DNA of 59,875 nt, the filler included. It is 3 parts of 3 records of this genome, joined end to end, with 100 filler letters (N's around TTAATTAATTAA, not from the genome) between each part and the next. Parts side by side here need not be neighbours in the genome. Positions count along the whole stretch, not along the records: positions 1 to 29,391 come from SRR20825019_181; 2 more parts are not named here. One strand, written 5' to 3'. The notes under the pieces were generated by a model, which made no database searches, was not told where the DNA came from, and saw nothing but the letters and a program-made list of their open reading frames with translations. The position numbers were made by a program, and so were the translations under genes. Positions 11,474 to 23,115 of this stretch are shown here, one piece after another. Every line of letters begins with the position of its first letter. The first letter of the stretch is position 1.

Positions 11474-13764
11474 ATGGTGGGTCAACTTAGCCTGCACACG
11501 CACGGCTTTGAGGGAAACTTCCGCAAGCACAAAGTCTTGGTAGCCGCAGAGTATGCCAACGTTGATGTGGGTGTAAAAGTTTTGTCTATGGGTCTTGACA
11601 ACAAGACCGAGAGCTTCTTGGCCAAGTTCAACCCTGTTGGCAAGGTCCCAGTTTTGGAGACTGCTGACGGCTACTTGTGGGAGTCCAACGCTATTATGCG
11701 CTATCTTGCACGCCTTTCCCCTGACGCGGAGCTTCTGGGCGGTGGCGATAGCGGTTTCTTTGATGGTGCTTTGGTCGAGCAGTTTTTGGAGTTGAACCTT
11801 AACGAGATTGAGAAGGCGTCCATTGTTTGGCTGGGCCCAGTTCTAGGGTACTTTCCGTTTGACGCCAAGACCACCGAGCAGGCCAAGGGCTCTATAGCCA
11901 AGACCCTGGCTTACTTGGACAAATACTTGTTGAGCCGCACATTCCTTGTTGGCGAGCGCGTGACCCTTGCGGATATTGCTCTTGTTTGTACTCTGGACCC
12001 GCTCTTCCGCGTTGTGGCCGACGAGGCTTTCAGAAAGCCGTATAGCAACGTCGTGCGCTGGTTCCTTACTTGCGTAAACCAGCCGGAGTTTGTCAAGGTG
12101 CTTGGCGAAGTGGCCCTATGCAAGGTCGCAAAGAAGCCCGCTGTGGCCAAGCCTGCGGAGAAGCCCGCCGCCGCCGGATCTGATAACAAGGCACAGAAGC
12201 CTGCTGGCCAGGAGGGTGAGGGTGAGCTTAGCAAGTCCCAGCTCAAGAAGTTGCAGCGTGCCCAGGCCGAGGCTGACAAAAAGGCCAAGAAGGCTGCCGA
12301 AATGGAAGCGAAAAAGGAGGCGGAGATGAAGAAGAAGCGCGAGGAGGCATCCAAGATTGTCATTAAGGAGGATCCTTCCCTCCCGAAGGCAACACAGATT
12401 AAGATTCGCGATGCCTCTAAGCACGTTGACACACGTGTGAAGGTCTTTGGCTGGGTGCATCGCATGCGTTCTCAGGGAAAGAACTTGTTGTTCTTGGTTC
12501 TCCGTGATGGTACTGGTTACTTGCAGGTTGTGCTGAACGATGCTCTGGCACAGTGCCTTAACGCGGTTGAATTGTATCTCGAGGCTTCCGTGTGTGTTTA
12601 CGGAAAGCTCATCTTCGATCCCCGTGCTGATGGCAAGAAGGGCGGTTATGAGCTTCAGGGAGACTTCTGGGAGGTTGTCGGAAAGTCCACTCAGGAGGCC
12701 ACTCAGGTATGAGATTGGTGAAATGTATCTTTGATGCTTAGGTTGCTTGGGCTAACATTTTTTTCCAGCTTGTGAACGAGGATTCGAACCCCGAAGTTCT
12801 CCTCAACAACCGTCATTTGGTAGTCCGAGGTACCCAAATGAGTGCTGTGTTGAAGATGCGCTCCAAGATTTTGTTCTGCTTCCGCGAGTGGTTCATGGAG
12901 CAGGGATTCACAGAAGTGACCCCACCCACGCTTGTGCAGACCCAGGTGGAGGGTGGCTCTACTCTCTTCAAGCTCAATTACTTCGGTGAGGAAGCTTACT
13001 TGACACAATCATCCCAACTTTATCTGGAGACCGTCATCCCCGCAGTCGGTGATGCCTTCTGCATCATGCCTTCCTACCGTGCCGAGAAGAGCCGCACTCG
13101 TCGCCATCTTGCCGAGTACACTCACTTGGAGGCCGAGATGCCCTTCATCACATTCGATGATCTCCTTTCTCATTTGGAGGAGCTCATTTGTGGTGTTGCT
13201 GAGCGCATTATTGCCCGTGGTGGTGATGGTCTGAAGGAACTTAACCCGGACTTTAAGGTTCCCAAGAGGCCGTTCAGGCGCATGCACTATCGCGAGGCCG
13301 TAGAGTATTGCCGCACCCACAACATCTACAAGGATCCTGAAACGAAGGAACACTTTGAGTATGGTGATGACATCCCGGAGGCTCCGGAGCGTCGTATGAC
13401 AGATATGATCGGCGAGCCGATCTTGTTGACGCGTTTCCCTCGTTCCATGAAGTCCTTCTATATGCAGCCGTGTGAGGACAACATGGAGGAAACCGAGTCT
13501 GTCGATGTCTTGATGCCTGGCGTCGGAGAAATTGTTGGCGGCTCTATGCGTATGTGGGATCCTGATATGCTTAAGAAGGGCTACGAGATGGAGGGCATCT
13601 CTCCTGAACCTTACTACTGGTACACCGATCAGCGCAAGTTCGGTTCCCAGCCTCATGGTGGTTATGGTCTTGGCGTCGAGCGCCTTATCATGTGGATCTG
13701 CAACCGTGACCACATTCGTGACACCTGCCTGTATCCCAGGTACTTGGAGCGCTGCAAGCCATAA
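11474..13764 (+). CDS. NARS1: Cytosolic asparaginyl-tRNA synthetase with an N-terminal GST-like (EF1B-gamma-type) domain
   Basis: Exons 11474-12706 and 12769-13764 (62-nt intron with GCTAAC branch point). OB-fold GWVHRMRSQGK..FLVLRDGTG, AYLTQSSQLYLE, motif 2 YRAEKSRTRRHLAEY, motif 3 PHGGYGLGVER. N-terminal GKVPVLET...ESNAI...TLADI. Confidence 0.96.
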
Positions 13765-13925
13765 AGTACAGACGTTTGTTTACTGCCAATTTGTCTTTGC
13801 GCAGAGCTACAGGATACAGCTTACAGCAGCAGCAGACTTCTGTCATAGTTGTACCTCTCCGGCAAAAGTCGTGCCTGGTAGATGTCCTTTCTAGGAGAGT
13901 TGGAGCCGTCCTATCTTTCCACAGC

Positions 13926-15504
13926 TCAACTTTTCCCAAATATCACAATAATCCCTACACCAACGACCATCATGAACACAGGCGGGAGCCTGCGCGACAA
14001 ATTCTTTTCCCCGAATAGCAAGGCACCAAGAATCACCGTCACCAGAACCCCCCCACCACGCTTGATGGCAATAACATATGACACATGCATCGCTTTGATT
14101 GCGAGCAAAAACGTCAATAAGGTGCACGTCTGGAAGGCAGTGTTGAATATACAGCAGGTCATTGGCGATTGGCCTCTTACCTCTCCGAGTGCCCCAATTG
14201 CAAGCAAACCAGGGGCGCTGCTCATATTGAACAAGCCATAAGGGTTAGTCAACATGAGAATTGTAGTGCCGCTTGCCGCCATAACACCGCTAACCACAAA
14301 CCATTAGTAGCGGTCGCAAAATAGACCATGCAAACTTACCGTTGCATTGCAAGGTATATCAAGGCGCTACTTTTGCCAGCGGATGTCGCAGATACCAGCC
14401 CCAATGCTTGGGCGTCGAAGCTAGCCCCGACACTCCAAAGCACGCACACTATCAGCATATATATTCCACCCAAAGGAGGTAGGTATGGTTTGATATTAGA
14501 AAATATACCCGGCACCTCCTCGGCATCGTCATCCATGGCATGCTCCATCTCCATGTCTCGATGGATCGCTGCAGGTTCAGTGTCATCCTTAGCGCCCTTC
14601 CTAGTTTGTACAAGAGGCCTCTGGGTCTTCATGACAACATCCATTTCAGTATTGTGATCCTCAGTCGAGGAAAAGGGAGCCACGACGAGTCCACTACCCT
14701 TCAGTGCGGCAGCCATACTTGGAGCAGAGTTCTTATTTCCTTCCTCCATGCCCAGCCCCCCTCGACTGGGGTTCTCCACACCTAGTCTACCATGCTTAAG
14801 TTCCTTGGCCGGTGTTTTTGCCTCCTTCATCAAGGTCGGCAGCTCTTTTCCGTTCCTATTGCGTGGACTACTCCCTCCATGGTCTTTTTGACGCACTAGG
14901 TCCAGGTCTGTTTCTTCCTCGGCCTTCAGGGCTCTTTCCACTGCTCCAAGAGTAAAGGCCCCAAGAGTGACTACAACTATGCCGACCAAGCCGGGAGAGG
15001 TGGGCACCTCACCAAGAAGCATCCACGACACTGGTACTTGAACGACAGGATTGAAGGAGAGAAACGGGATCGAAACAGACATAGGCGAAACCTGCATAGA
15101 CTTGACATACAGTACATTGGCTGAGACGTTAATGACACCTGATCCTATAACATAGAACCAGAACTTGCTCGATATCTCCGTCATGATCGTTGGAATCCTG
15201 TCTTACTGTCAATTCCACAACATTAAAGTTACCCGGATTGGTCTTACCTGTCCATGTGCAGAGCCAGAATAAATAGTGCTTGTATAGAGGAAAATCCAAC
15301 CACCGCTTCCAAGGCTGCCATGCGAGAACCAACACCTTTCTTAATAATATCGCAACTCGAGTTGCCCAAAGCTGACAGTACCGCCAGGGAAATTCCTGAC
15401 AACTGCGATAGGGTCTCAACAAACGCCTCCATTCTGATGGCGTATCTGTTACGACATAAATTATTGGGAGAAAACTCTATTCACGGAAACTTGAGCTTCG
15501 GCAT
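13926..15504 (-). CDS. DMT/EamA-family transporter, multi-exon
   Basis: Two EamA-like hydrophobic halves (SPMSVSIPFLSFNPV; VSYVIAIKRGG.VL..VILG.LLFGEK) in ORFs 15244..15432, 14336..15184 and 13926..14297, linked by short introns. Start at 15504 or 15432. Confidence 0.85.
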
Positions 15505-15569
15505 CTGCTCATTCGTCGTTCTTATATTAGCGAGCGTCCTGGAGAGGCGTAAGCCTTAGGTAAGGTGCT

Positions 15570-16000
15570 AAAGGATGCCAGGACTGGGCCAGACAATCAC
15601 TACGACCTGGCGCGGCCGCCAGTCCAGGGCCCCGCCTGGCAGCCGGGCGGCCGGGGCGTCCGATCAGGGACGACTCGGCCGGTGCAGTTCCTGGAGGGGA
15701 ACCGGCCGGCTCGGAGCCCGCCCCGGCCGTCAGAGGGCCGACCCCGGGGCCGACCGGCCCGGGCTGGCGCACCCCCGGCGGCGGGCCCCCCGCGCCCCCT
15801 GCCCCGGCCCGGGCGGCCCGAGGGCCGGCCCGGGGGGCAGCGGCCGCATCTGCGGTCGCGGTCCCCAAGGCGTGGGATGGGCCGGGGCTCCGGCGGGCTC
15901 CTACACGTACAGGTCCGGCCGGCCGACGAGCCGGACCGGTTTCAGTTTCTGAGTTGCTCCCGGAGTCGTGCTGGGCGCTCCGCACCTCGAGCCGCCATTA
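15570..16000. promoter_or_regulatory. GC-rich promoter island upstream of the DMT gene
   Basis: Very high GC and CCGG/GGCC density, 5' of a minus-strand start. Confidence 0.55.
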
Positions 16001-16270
16001 GTTTGCGGCAAACCTGGACTGTCAACGATTGATCGCTGTATTCAAGGGGATCAAATCGTATTTATTATATCCGAATCAGTAACATAAAAACTATGCCATT
16101 GATTTTTGACTGTCAATGTACCGGGCTTGCTTAGCTGGCCTCTATCACTGCCCACAATGGCGCTTCCGCTGCAACTGCTTGCGACCCCTAGAGGAAACAC
16201 CTGTATCGTGATGCTATCTCGACCCGCTGCATGGCTTAGCCCAAGGTGCGCGGATTTTGGAGGAGTTCAG

Positions 16271-18933
16271 TTAGAACGACACTGGCAGAGAGTTAGTCAA
16301 CATCGCACAAAACAAAGAAGACAACTCACAAAAACTGAATCTGTTGCGCTGTTTTTGGGACGAAGTCGGCATAAACGTGGTCTTGCAGGATAGCATTGCG
16401 CGCCCCTTCCTCATTTCCTCTTCACTAACATGGTCTTTCCTTACGGCTGCACGATCCTTCTTGAATCCACATCGAAACGCCATCAAATCTATATGATCAA
16501 ATTGCTTCCCTTCTGTCATCTTCATGAGATTCTTGATATCTTCGGATTGGGTAATATTTTCAAATGAAGGTCTTCGCATAAACTCAGGCATTTTCACACT
16601 ACAGACGAATGATCAAAATCAGGACAAAGATAAACGAAAAAATTCGGAGGCATCAATACCTGCTCGCAGAAGAGCGCATCGAACTTCTGCTCTTTGATCC
16701 CCGTCGCTTCTTCGTTGACCCCGACTTCGCCGGCGTCTGAGCCTTTGCAGGTTCCGGGGTTTCTGCAACGCTTTGAACCTCAATAACTGGATCTTCATCA
16801 TTTTCGGTTGGGGCATCGCTCATGCGGGATTGAGCGCCCAACGATGACCTGGTTCGGATTCTGTTACCCTGTGCTGGCGGGGGTATGTCAATGACCTCAG
16901 GTGTGTCCATGGTAGCGGCATCCACGCAGAATCCACTGTCTTCTGCTTCATTTGCTGCGTGCACACAATTGTGAGAGATTTTCCTTTTCAAGTGCAAGCA
17001 CGTACTTGAATTTTCGTCATACGGGCTCTTGTGAAGGGGTTGCATAGTAGGATCCGCTGTGGACGGCCTGCCCATATACTGTTTCTTCTGGCGTTCCTTT
17101 TCACGTTCGTATAAGCGCATATTCGTATATCTGTCTGGGTCAAGTTCCATTCGACCTAGGAGTAGCTTGCCACTAGGTGCAGCCATATGGAACCCACCAA
17201 AAAGCTCTTTCATGGGAACTCGTTTTCGGAAATAATTCTCATGCCGAAAATCTTCATAGCGGTCCCCAGTATGGACATACGGTGTGCCAATCTGTTTCTC
17301 TATACCAGTCCTAAGAAGCGAACCTGTTAGACCGAAAAACTAAAATCTGATTACGACTCACTTGATTGTTTCAGAGCCGCGTTCTAGAGCACGGTTTCTT
17401 TCCCTGCGCTGGACTTTCTATAATTTCCAGAAGTGTTAGCGCAGCAAGGAGTGAGAGGATGAAATAGGTCACATACCCCAGGGTCAATCCATGGATTCCA
17501 CCACGCACTCTCTGGAAGGCGGTCTAGAATCTGTTGAATCTCATATAAGCCATTGTAGTTACAGCAGTGCCCGCTCCTTACCAGAGCTGTTGGAAGCCCT
17601 CTGGGAGACTCCTCGGCAGGACTATGGGCTGGGTAACCGTTGGGATGGTATTGCAGCGGTGCGTCGTCAATCTTTTTTCCTCTCTCTTTCCTCGAAACAT
17701 CGAGAGATTCGCTCCATTTAGCGAGGCGGCATGCAACCTGCAACATCACGTACTGCAGGAGAAAGGGAATCTTAGCAAAATTTCAAAGTAATTATAACCC
17801 GTCATTCTCACCCAGTTCCCAGCACGGATAGTCTGTCGTCGTCGAATTACATCTCTGAAAATGGGATTGTTTTCGTCATTCTCCGCAGGTACAAATTTTC
17901 TCGCCAATTCATTGAGCCTCTCTTCTTCGAGGGCAACTCTCCTCCCCTGGAGATCCACCTTCTTTTCTTCGCGCGCCTTCCGCTGCGACCGCATAGCCTT
18001 TGCGGCGGTGCTAGGGCGAGCATAGGTAACATCAAGGTTCTTGATGGGGGCGTACGAAGTACTTTCTCTCCATTCTTTGTTTGCAGAGTGCCACAAGTCA
18101 CCATAACCCATAATTTTCTTTTGGAACGCCTCCACTGTTTTTTCATTTTTCTGAATATCGTTCAATTTTTTTCTCAATCTAAACTTCCCTTGGCACAATG
18201 CACGCTCCGCAATACGCTTGTCACGCTCTTTCTTCAATCTTCTTTGTTCCCTTGCAACATACTCGGGATCCATATCTTCATCGGCATCAATATCAACCTT
18301 CTTTTTTTCTTTCGCCTTTTGCATTTGAGTTATTTCTTCTTCTCGAGACTTGTTTCTTAGTTCTCGTAGGCGATGCTGTATTTGCACCTTTTCTGCAGTG
18401 ATAGAGTAAGTTCAACAATAATGATATGACAAGAAAGAAACGTACGAAGGAGCTGCAGTAGCGCTTCGGTAAACAAAAGTTTGATTCTATCGATGCGCCG
18501 CCTGCTAACCATCCGCTTTACCGCACGTTTAAACCTAATTATGGGAGTATAGCCTTCGGGGCAAGGCTCTTCGTACTACTCTCACTAGATTAGAAATCGA
18601 AATAATAACAAGCTGTGAGGCTTCTCACCTTGGCAGTGACGGAGCCCTTTAGGATTTCATCATAATATTTGTACTTTGAGTTAGCGATCTGAGACAGATC
18701 AGAAAGCTGTTCCAGTTCTTCTCTACGAGCTTTCAGAGTTCTGAAAACAGCCACACATTAGGAAAAATGCGAGGAAACTCTCATGTGCCTACGGATGCTC
18801 TCCCACGCGTCCAAGCCCGGCTGAGATTTGGTTCCGAATGGACCTCTCCTGCTCTATGAAGTCTTTTCGGCCTGTTATACCATCTTAGACAGGGGCACGG
18901 AACCAACACAAAGTACGTACGGAGGCCTTCCAT
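16271..18933 (-). CDS. Basic, charged coiled-coil hypothetical protein, multi-exon
   Basis: ATG at 18933 (MEGLHGITGRKDFIEQERSIR...). Consistent GT-AG introns link ORFs 17746..18387, 17384..17749, 16653..17213 and 16271..16597. No family recognised. Confidence 0.65.
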
Positions 18934-19019
18934 GGTTCAACTACCCGTCGAGGGCTCTCAGCTATTGTGTCTCTGAACAACCGATATTTGTAAAACAGGC
19001 AAGGTGGCCAGGCTCGTGA

Positions 19020-19860
19020 GTAGTCATAGCCGTCCCGTCGGAGTCGGTGAGTGGCCGCCCCAGCGCCGCCGGGGCCGGTTGCCGCAAAGTTGCCGCGGGG
19101 CGGACCGGACCCTGTACGCGGACCGGAAGACCACCAACCAGCCCCGGGGGGAGGAGCCGAAGAGCGGGAGTCGCGGCCGCTCCCCGGCCGGCCAGGCTGA
19201 CCGACGACCCGGCCACGCGACCCGCCGCTCCGTGCCCGCACCGACCGGGGTGCCCGCTGACCGAGTAGCAGTTCAAAAGGTTATCATCCCATCTGGGATT
19301 ATTAATAATATCGAGAATGTCTGTTAAATAGAGAGAAACTTCGAGGTCTTTTCTCTCGATCGGGACCTGTGACAGCCTGAGAGCGGCGCCCCCCGCCGCA
19401 CGTGTGGACGTCGGACTCACGTGTCGTGGATCAAAGCCGCGCGGTCGTCCACCGTCACCGTGCATGGGCCGTCGCGGGTCGCGGCACCCATCCGAATGGT
19501 ACCAGCCGCTGCAATGGCACGCTGCCTAGTGTCAACACATGTGCCGGGTAGCCCGTCCGGCCGGCCCGGCGCTCAGCTGGGGCGGCCGCGGGCACTCCCA
19601 GCTGCTCAGTGACGTCGTCCGGCAGGGCTCCGTGTCGCTGGCCGGCTCCGCGGGCCAGCCGCCGCGCCGGGGGGCCGGCCGGCCGGGCGTGGTCGCAGGT
19701 CGCCGGCGACCGGACGGGGGGCCGCCGGAAACCGGTAACGGTAAGGGCCTGCACCGAGTCTACGCCCATCCTGAAGACCCTTCCGGCCGGGCTGCGCTTC
19801 CTTCCCTGGCGGTTTTTGCGCCGTTCACGACAGCTGGCCCAGTGGAGCCGTTGCGCATGT
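19020..19860. promoter_or_regulatory. Bidirectional GC-rich promoter island
   Basis: Two GC blocks around an AT-rich core (19270-19355) between divergent starts at 18933 and 20012. Confidence 0.6.
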
Positions 19861-20011
19861 GACCAATGATGCGATTTCGAGAGCATAGTCGCAGCACCGC
19901 ACAGCTGTCTGGATAACCCTTCACCGACACGGTTTCCATGCATTGACTCCATGTTGACTACAAGTATCAGCGCCGTCGACGTCTGTAGAAATCCAGTTCG
20001 AGAGGTTCAGC

Positions 20012-20247
20012 ATGTCCTTTGTATATAATGCTTTCATGAAGAGCAACAGCGTCTATGTTGGCGCTATTTTGGTTGCTGCTTTTGTTGGCGAGTCGGCTTT
20101 CCACAAGGTCGGAGATGGGGTTTTCAGCTCAATGAACAAGGGGGTATGTAGAATTGTTTAAGTAGCGAGTAGTTCTAATGGTCTTGTGAGCAGAAGTCCT
20201 TTGATGACATGATGGCTAAGAGGGAGAAGATGGAGAGCCAAGAATAA
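20012..20247 (+). CDS. QCR9: Cytochrome b-c1 complex subunit 9 (UQCR10/QCR9)
   Basis: Exons 20012-20143 and 20194-20247 give MSFVYNAFMKSNSVYVGAILVAAFVGESAFHKVGDGVFSSMNKGKSFDDM..., a typical QCR9 pattern. Not in the ORF track. Confidence 0.9.
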
Positions 20248-20304
20248 GTTAAGGGAGTAAATTAAGCATCGTTTTGCAGTGTGCAGACTAGGAAGGAATA
20301 ATCT

Positions 20305-21813
20305 TTACTTCTTGTTCTTGTTTCTCTTGGAGGTTGAGGATGCTACAGATTTTTTGTCCTCTGGTTTGGCCTTCTTTTCTTCTCCTGGGGCTGGAGGGGA
20401 ATTCTTGTAGAAGTCAATCTGGCCGACTGGCTCCTTCATAGGTTCAGGAACCTTTCCGTGAAGTTCGGGATACGTCTCGGTCATGCTGTACGGGGTTTTC
20501 ATTTCATACACGGACTTTCCACCGAATTCGGTCATGAGCGAGTCTTCATCGATGTACTTCAGAAGCGTCTGCTTCATGTTGGCTTCACCAGTGGTGATGT
20601 GAATCTGCGGGTGTTCACCTTAGTTGTGCATAGAACAAACTTGTTTCTTTTTGTACCTTCTCAAGGGTATCGGCTTCGATGAAGGGCTTGACCATGCTCC
20701 AGGCATAGGTTAGGACCTGTCGTAGAGTTGGAAAATCATCATGTCGGAGCATGCGGCATCTTTACCTTAGGGGCCTTCACAATGAAGAACTGTGACAGAG
20801 TGGAAGGGAAATTAGCTTGCATGATGCCCACCATCTGCTTGCAGTCTCCCATCTTCACTTGTGTGAATTTGACATGGGAAGCATCCATGATGCAAGTATA
20901 GCTGTCCTTGCCATATTGAACAACGTGTTGGCGGGCAAACATCATGAAATAAGCGATAGCCTTCATCGAGTCCTACAAAGTGCCCTCGATGAGTCCCAGA
21001 AGAACCACTTTGTCCAAAATCACTTTCACAAACCGTGAGGTTATGCTTATGGAAATCATGCTTACGGAGGTACAGAATCATCACGGGCCTTCCTGCCTTA
21101 TCACGCTATCAGACAGAAAGTCAGTCTACTGAAACACTTGAGTCACGGACACATTTACCTTGTGTAGGACAATCTTTCCTGTGTCAAGGCCCTTCAGTGC
21201 AACTTCCCTAGTAATCTGGTCCGGTTTGAACGACTTCACCCATGCCTACAGCAATACCATTAGATAGCACTGGTAGTTAGCGGCCACACTCCTACCAAGT
21301 GCTCGGAAAGGTACTCATATGCCTTATCGAACTCAAAAGTAGTTTTCGTGGTTCTGGCTTCAATAAAACGAAGATGATGCCAGTAGTCGAAGTGGTCAAT
21401 GCCCTTCACAGCACGATCATCGAGAATCTTTCGCCACACAAGGTACGCCTCATGTATAGGATGCTTGAAACAGCTTGAGTACACCATCTTGAGTCACCAA
21501 ACAAATCAAAAATACCTCAGGAGGATAGCTCTCGGAGACATGAAGACGCGACGAAGGAAGGACGTAAGGCTTCACCGACTTTCCATCCTGCATTGGCGTC
21601 ATTTTCCGCTGGAAACCCAACCTTTCCTACCAATACCTTCTTTGGCTTGCCGCGGGAGGCCACGTAAAGAGGATGCTTCTCCACCACAATGTCCTTCCAA
21701 CTTGTTGGATCGTAGACTCCAGTCCCCCGGGTGGTTGGTGTAGTGCTTTCACCAAGACCAGTGTCGTTGGAATCATCCTCTCGGGGCTTAGGTCCTGCGC
21801 ACAAGCATGCCAT
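20305..21813 (-). CDS. CRAL-TRIO (Sec14-like) lipid-binding protein, multi-exon
   Basis: HLRFIEAR (CRAL-N), DKAGRPVMILYLRKH, MQANFPSTLSQFFIVKAP, VKPFIEADT..KI, LLKYIDEDSLMTEFGG. Confidence 0.9.
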
Positions 21814-21939
21814 GACTGTGAGTACTTAGTGGACCAGCCCAACAAGAGTAGATAAAAGTAGTTTGGTGAAATGACTCTCAAATTAACAGAAGTGCTTCAT
21901 CCACTCTATGTTCCTCTGCTGGCATATGGAATGAGCACA

Positions 21940-23040
21940 GGCCGCCTGCATCGTCGCTGGATCGCCTCTCGGACTTGCGCATACAGCGTGGGCGTCGGAC
22001 GGCCGGCGCGCGTGGTGCAACACGGACATGGACGCGGCTGGTCGTGGACTCGGATCGAGCCCGCAACGCGGCCGTGATCATCAGGCAATGATCGCCGGGT
22101 TCCGTTCGGGATGCCGGGCTCGGTCGTCAGGCTCATCAGGGTCCCTCATCAGCACCTCACGGGTGCAGTTGGCCACGGAGGCTGGCCCGGCGGATGGCGG
22201 CGTGCGAGCCGGAGAGTCAACGAGTTACACTGAGAACTGTGCTGGCCGGAGGCAACGGAGGCCCGCCGATCCGAGTCAGCCCCCCCGGCAGGCCTGGAGT
22301 GCCGGTGCTGCTGTCGAGAACAACGCCGGCGCCGGCGGACCGCCCGGCAGCAAATCCGATCAGCATTGATTCGTTCTTATCAACAAGAAGCCATACACAC
22401 TGACACTCTACACCATGCGGGTGAGGGCGGCCGGCCCAGTCATGCAGACAGTTTGGAGTCTCTTCCGGACTACTAACTCTCCGAATGAGGGCTCCGGCCA
22501 CCGTCCCGCACTCCGGGACCGGGCCTGGCCGCCCCGCCGGCCGGCTGTCACTTGAAGCACACGCTCACTGCAACGCAAAGAGGCGGCCGCCGGCGCTCCC
22601 GCCCACCCCCTATCGCGCGTGCTCCGCGCCGGCTGCCGGTGGGCAGGATCCGCGCCGGTGGGCCGTACGTCGTCGGGACCCCCGCTGAGAGTGACAGCCG
22701 CGGGGCCGCGGCTCCGCCGCTGACCCTCCGGATCGGAACGTACGCCCACCGCATGTGCCACTGACTGCACTCAGACTGCACTCGGAGGACGTCACCGCCG
22801 GGGCAGTGCCGGGGCTCAGGCCACTGGCATTCCTTTCGTCTGTCAGTGTGAGTCATGATGGCGCACAGTGCTAACGTTCATGGCCACTGACTGACTGCCG
22901 GGTCCGCAGGCCAGCCGGCAGTCGGCCACCACTGATGAGCACCCCGGAGTTGCGCGCCCGATCGCCGCCGCGGAGTGGCCATTGCTTGAACTCTCTGCGG
23001 CAGTGCAACTCCTGGGCCTGGGCGTTGGCTCAGGCTCCGC
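21940..23040. promoter_or_regulatory. Bidirectional GC-rich promoter island between the CRAL-TRIO gene and copine
   Basis: GC-rich, with TGAGTCA at 22849-22855 and ACTGACTGACTG at 22886-22897. Confidence 0.6.
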
Positions 23041-23115
23041 TCACAGTTAGTAGTATCGGCCAGCTCACTGTTGAAGTAAACGTTGACATAGTTGTAGTGG
23101 ACTAGCAAAGCCATC

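Noticed and set aside
13009-13713. Long antisense ORFs opposite AsnRS and other genes
   Set aside because: Expected shadow of biased codon usage on the coding strand.
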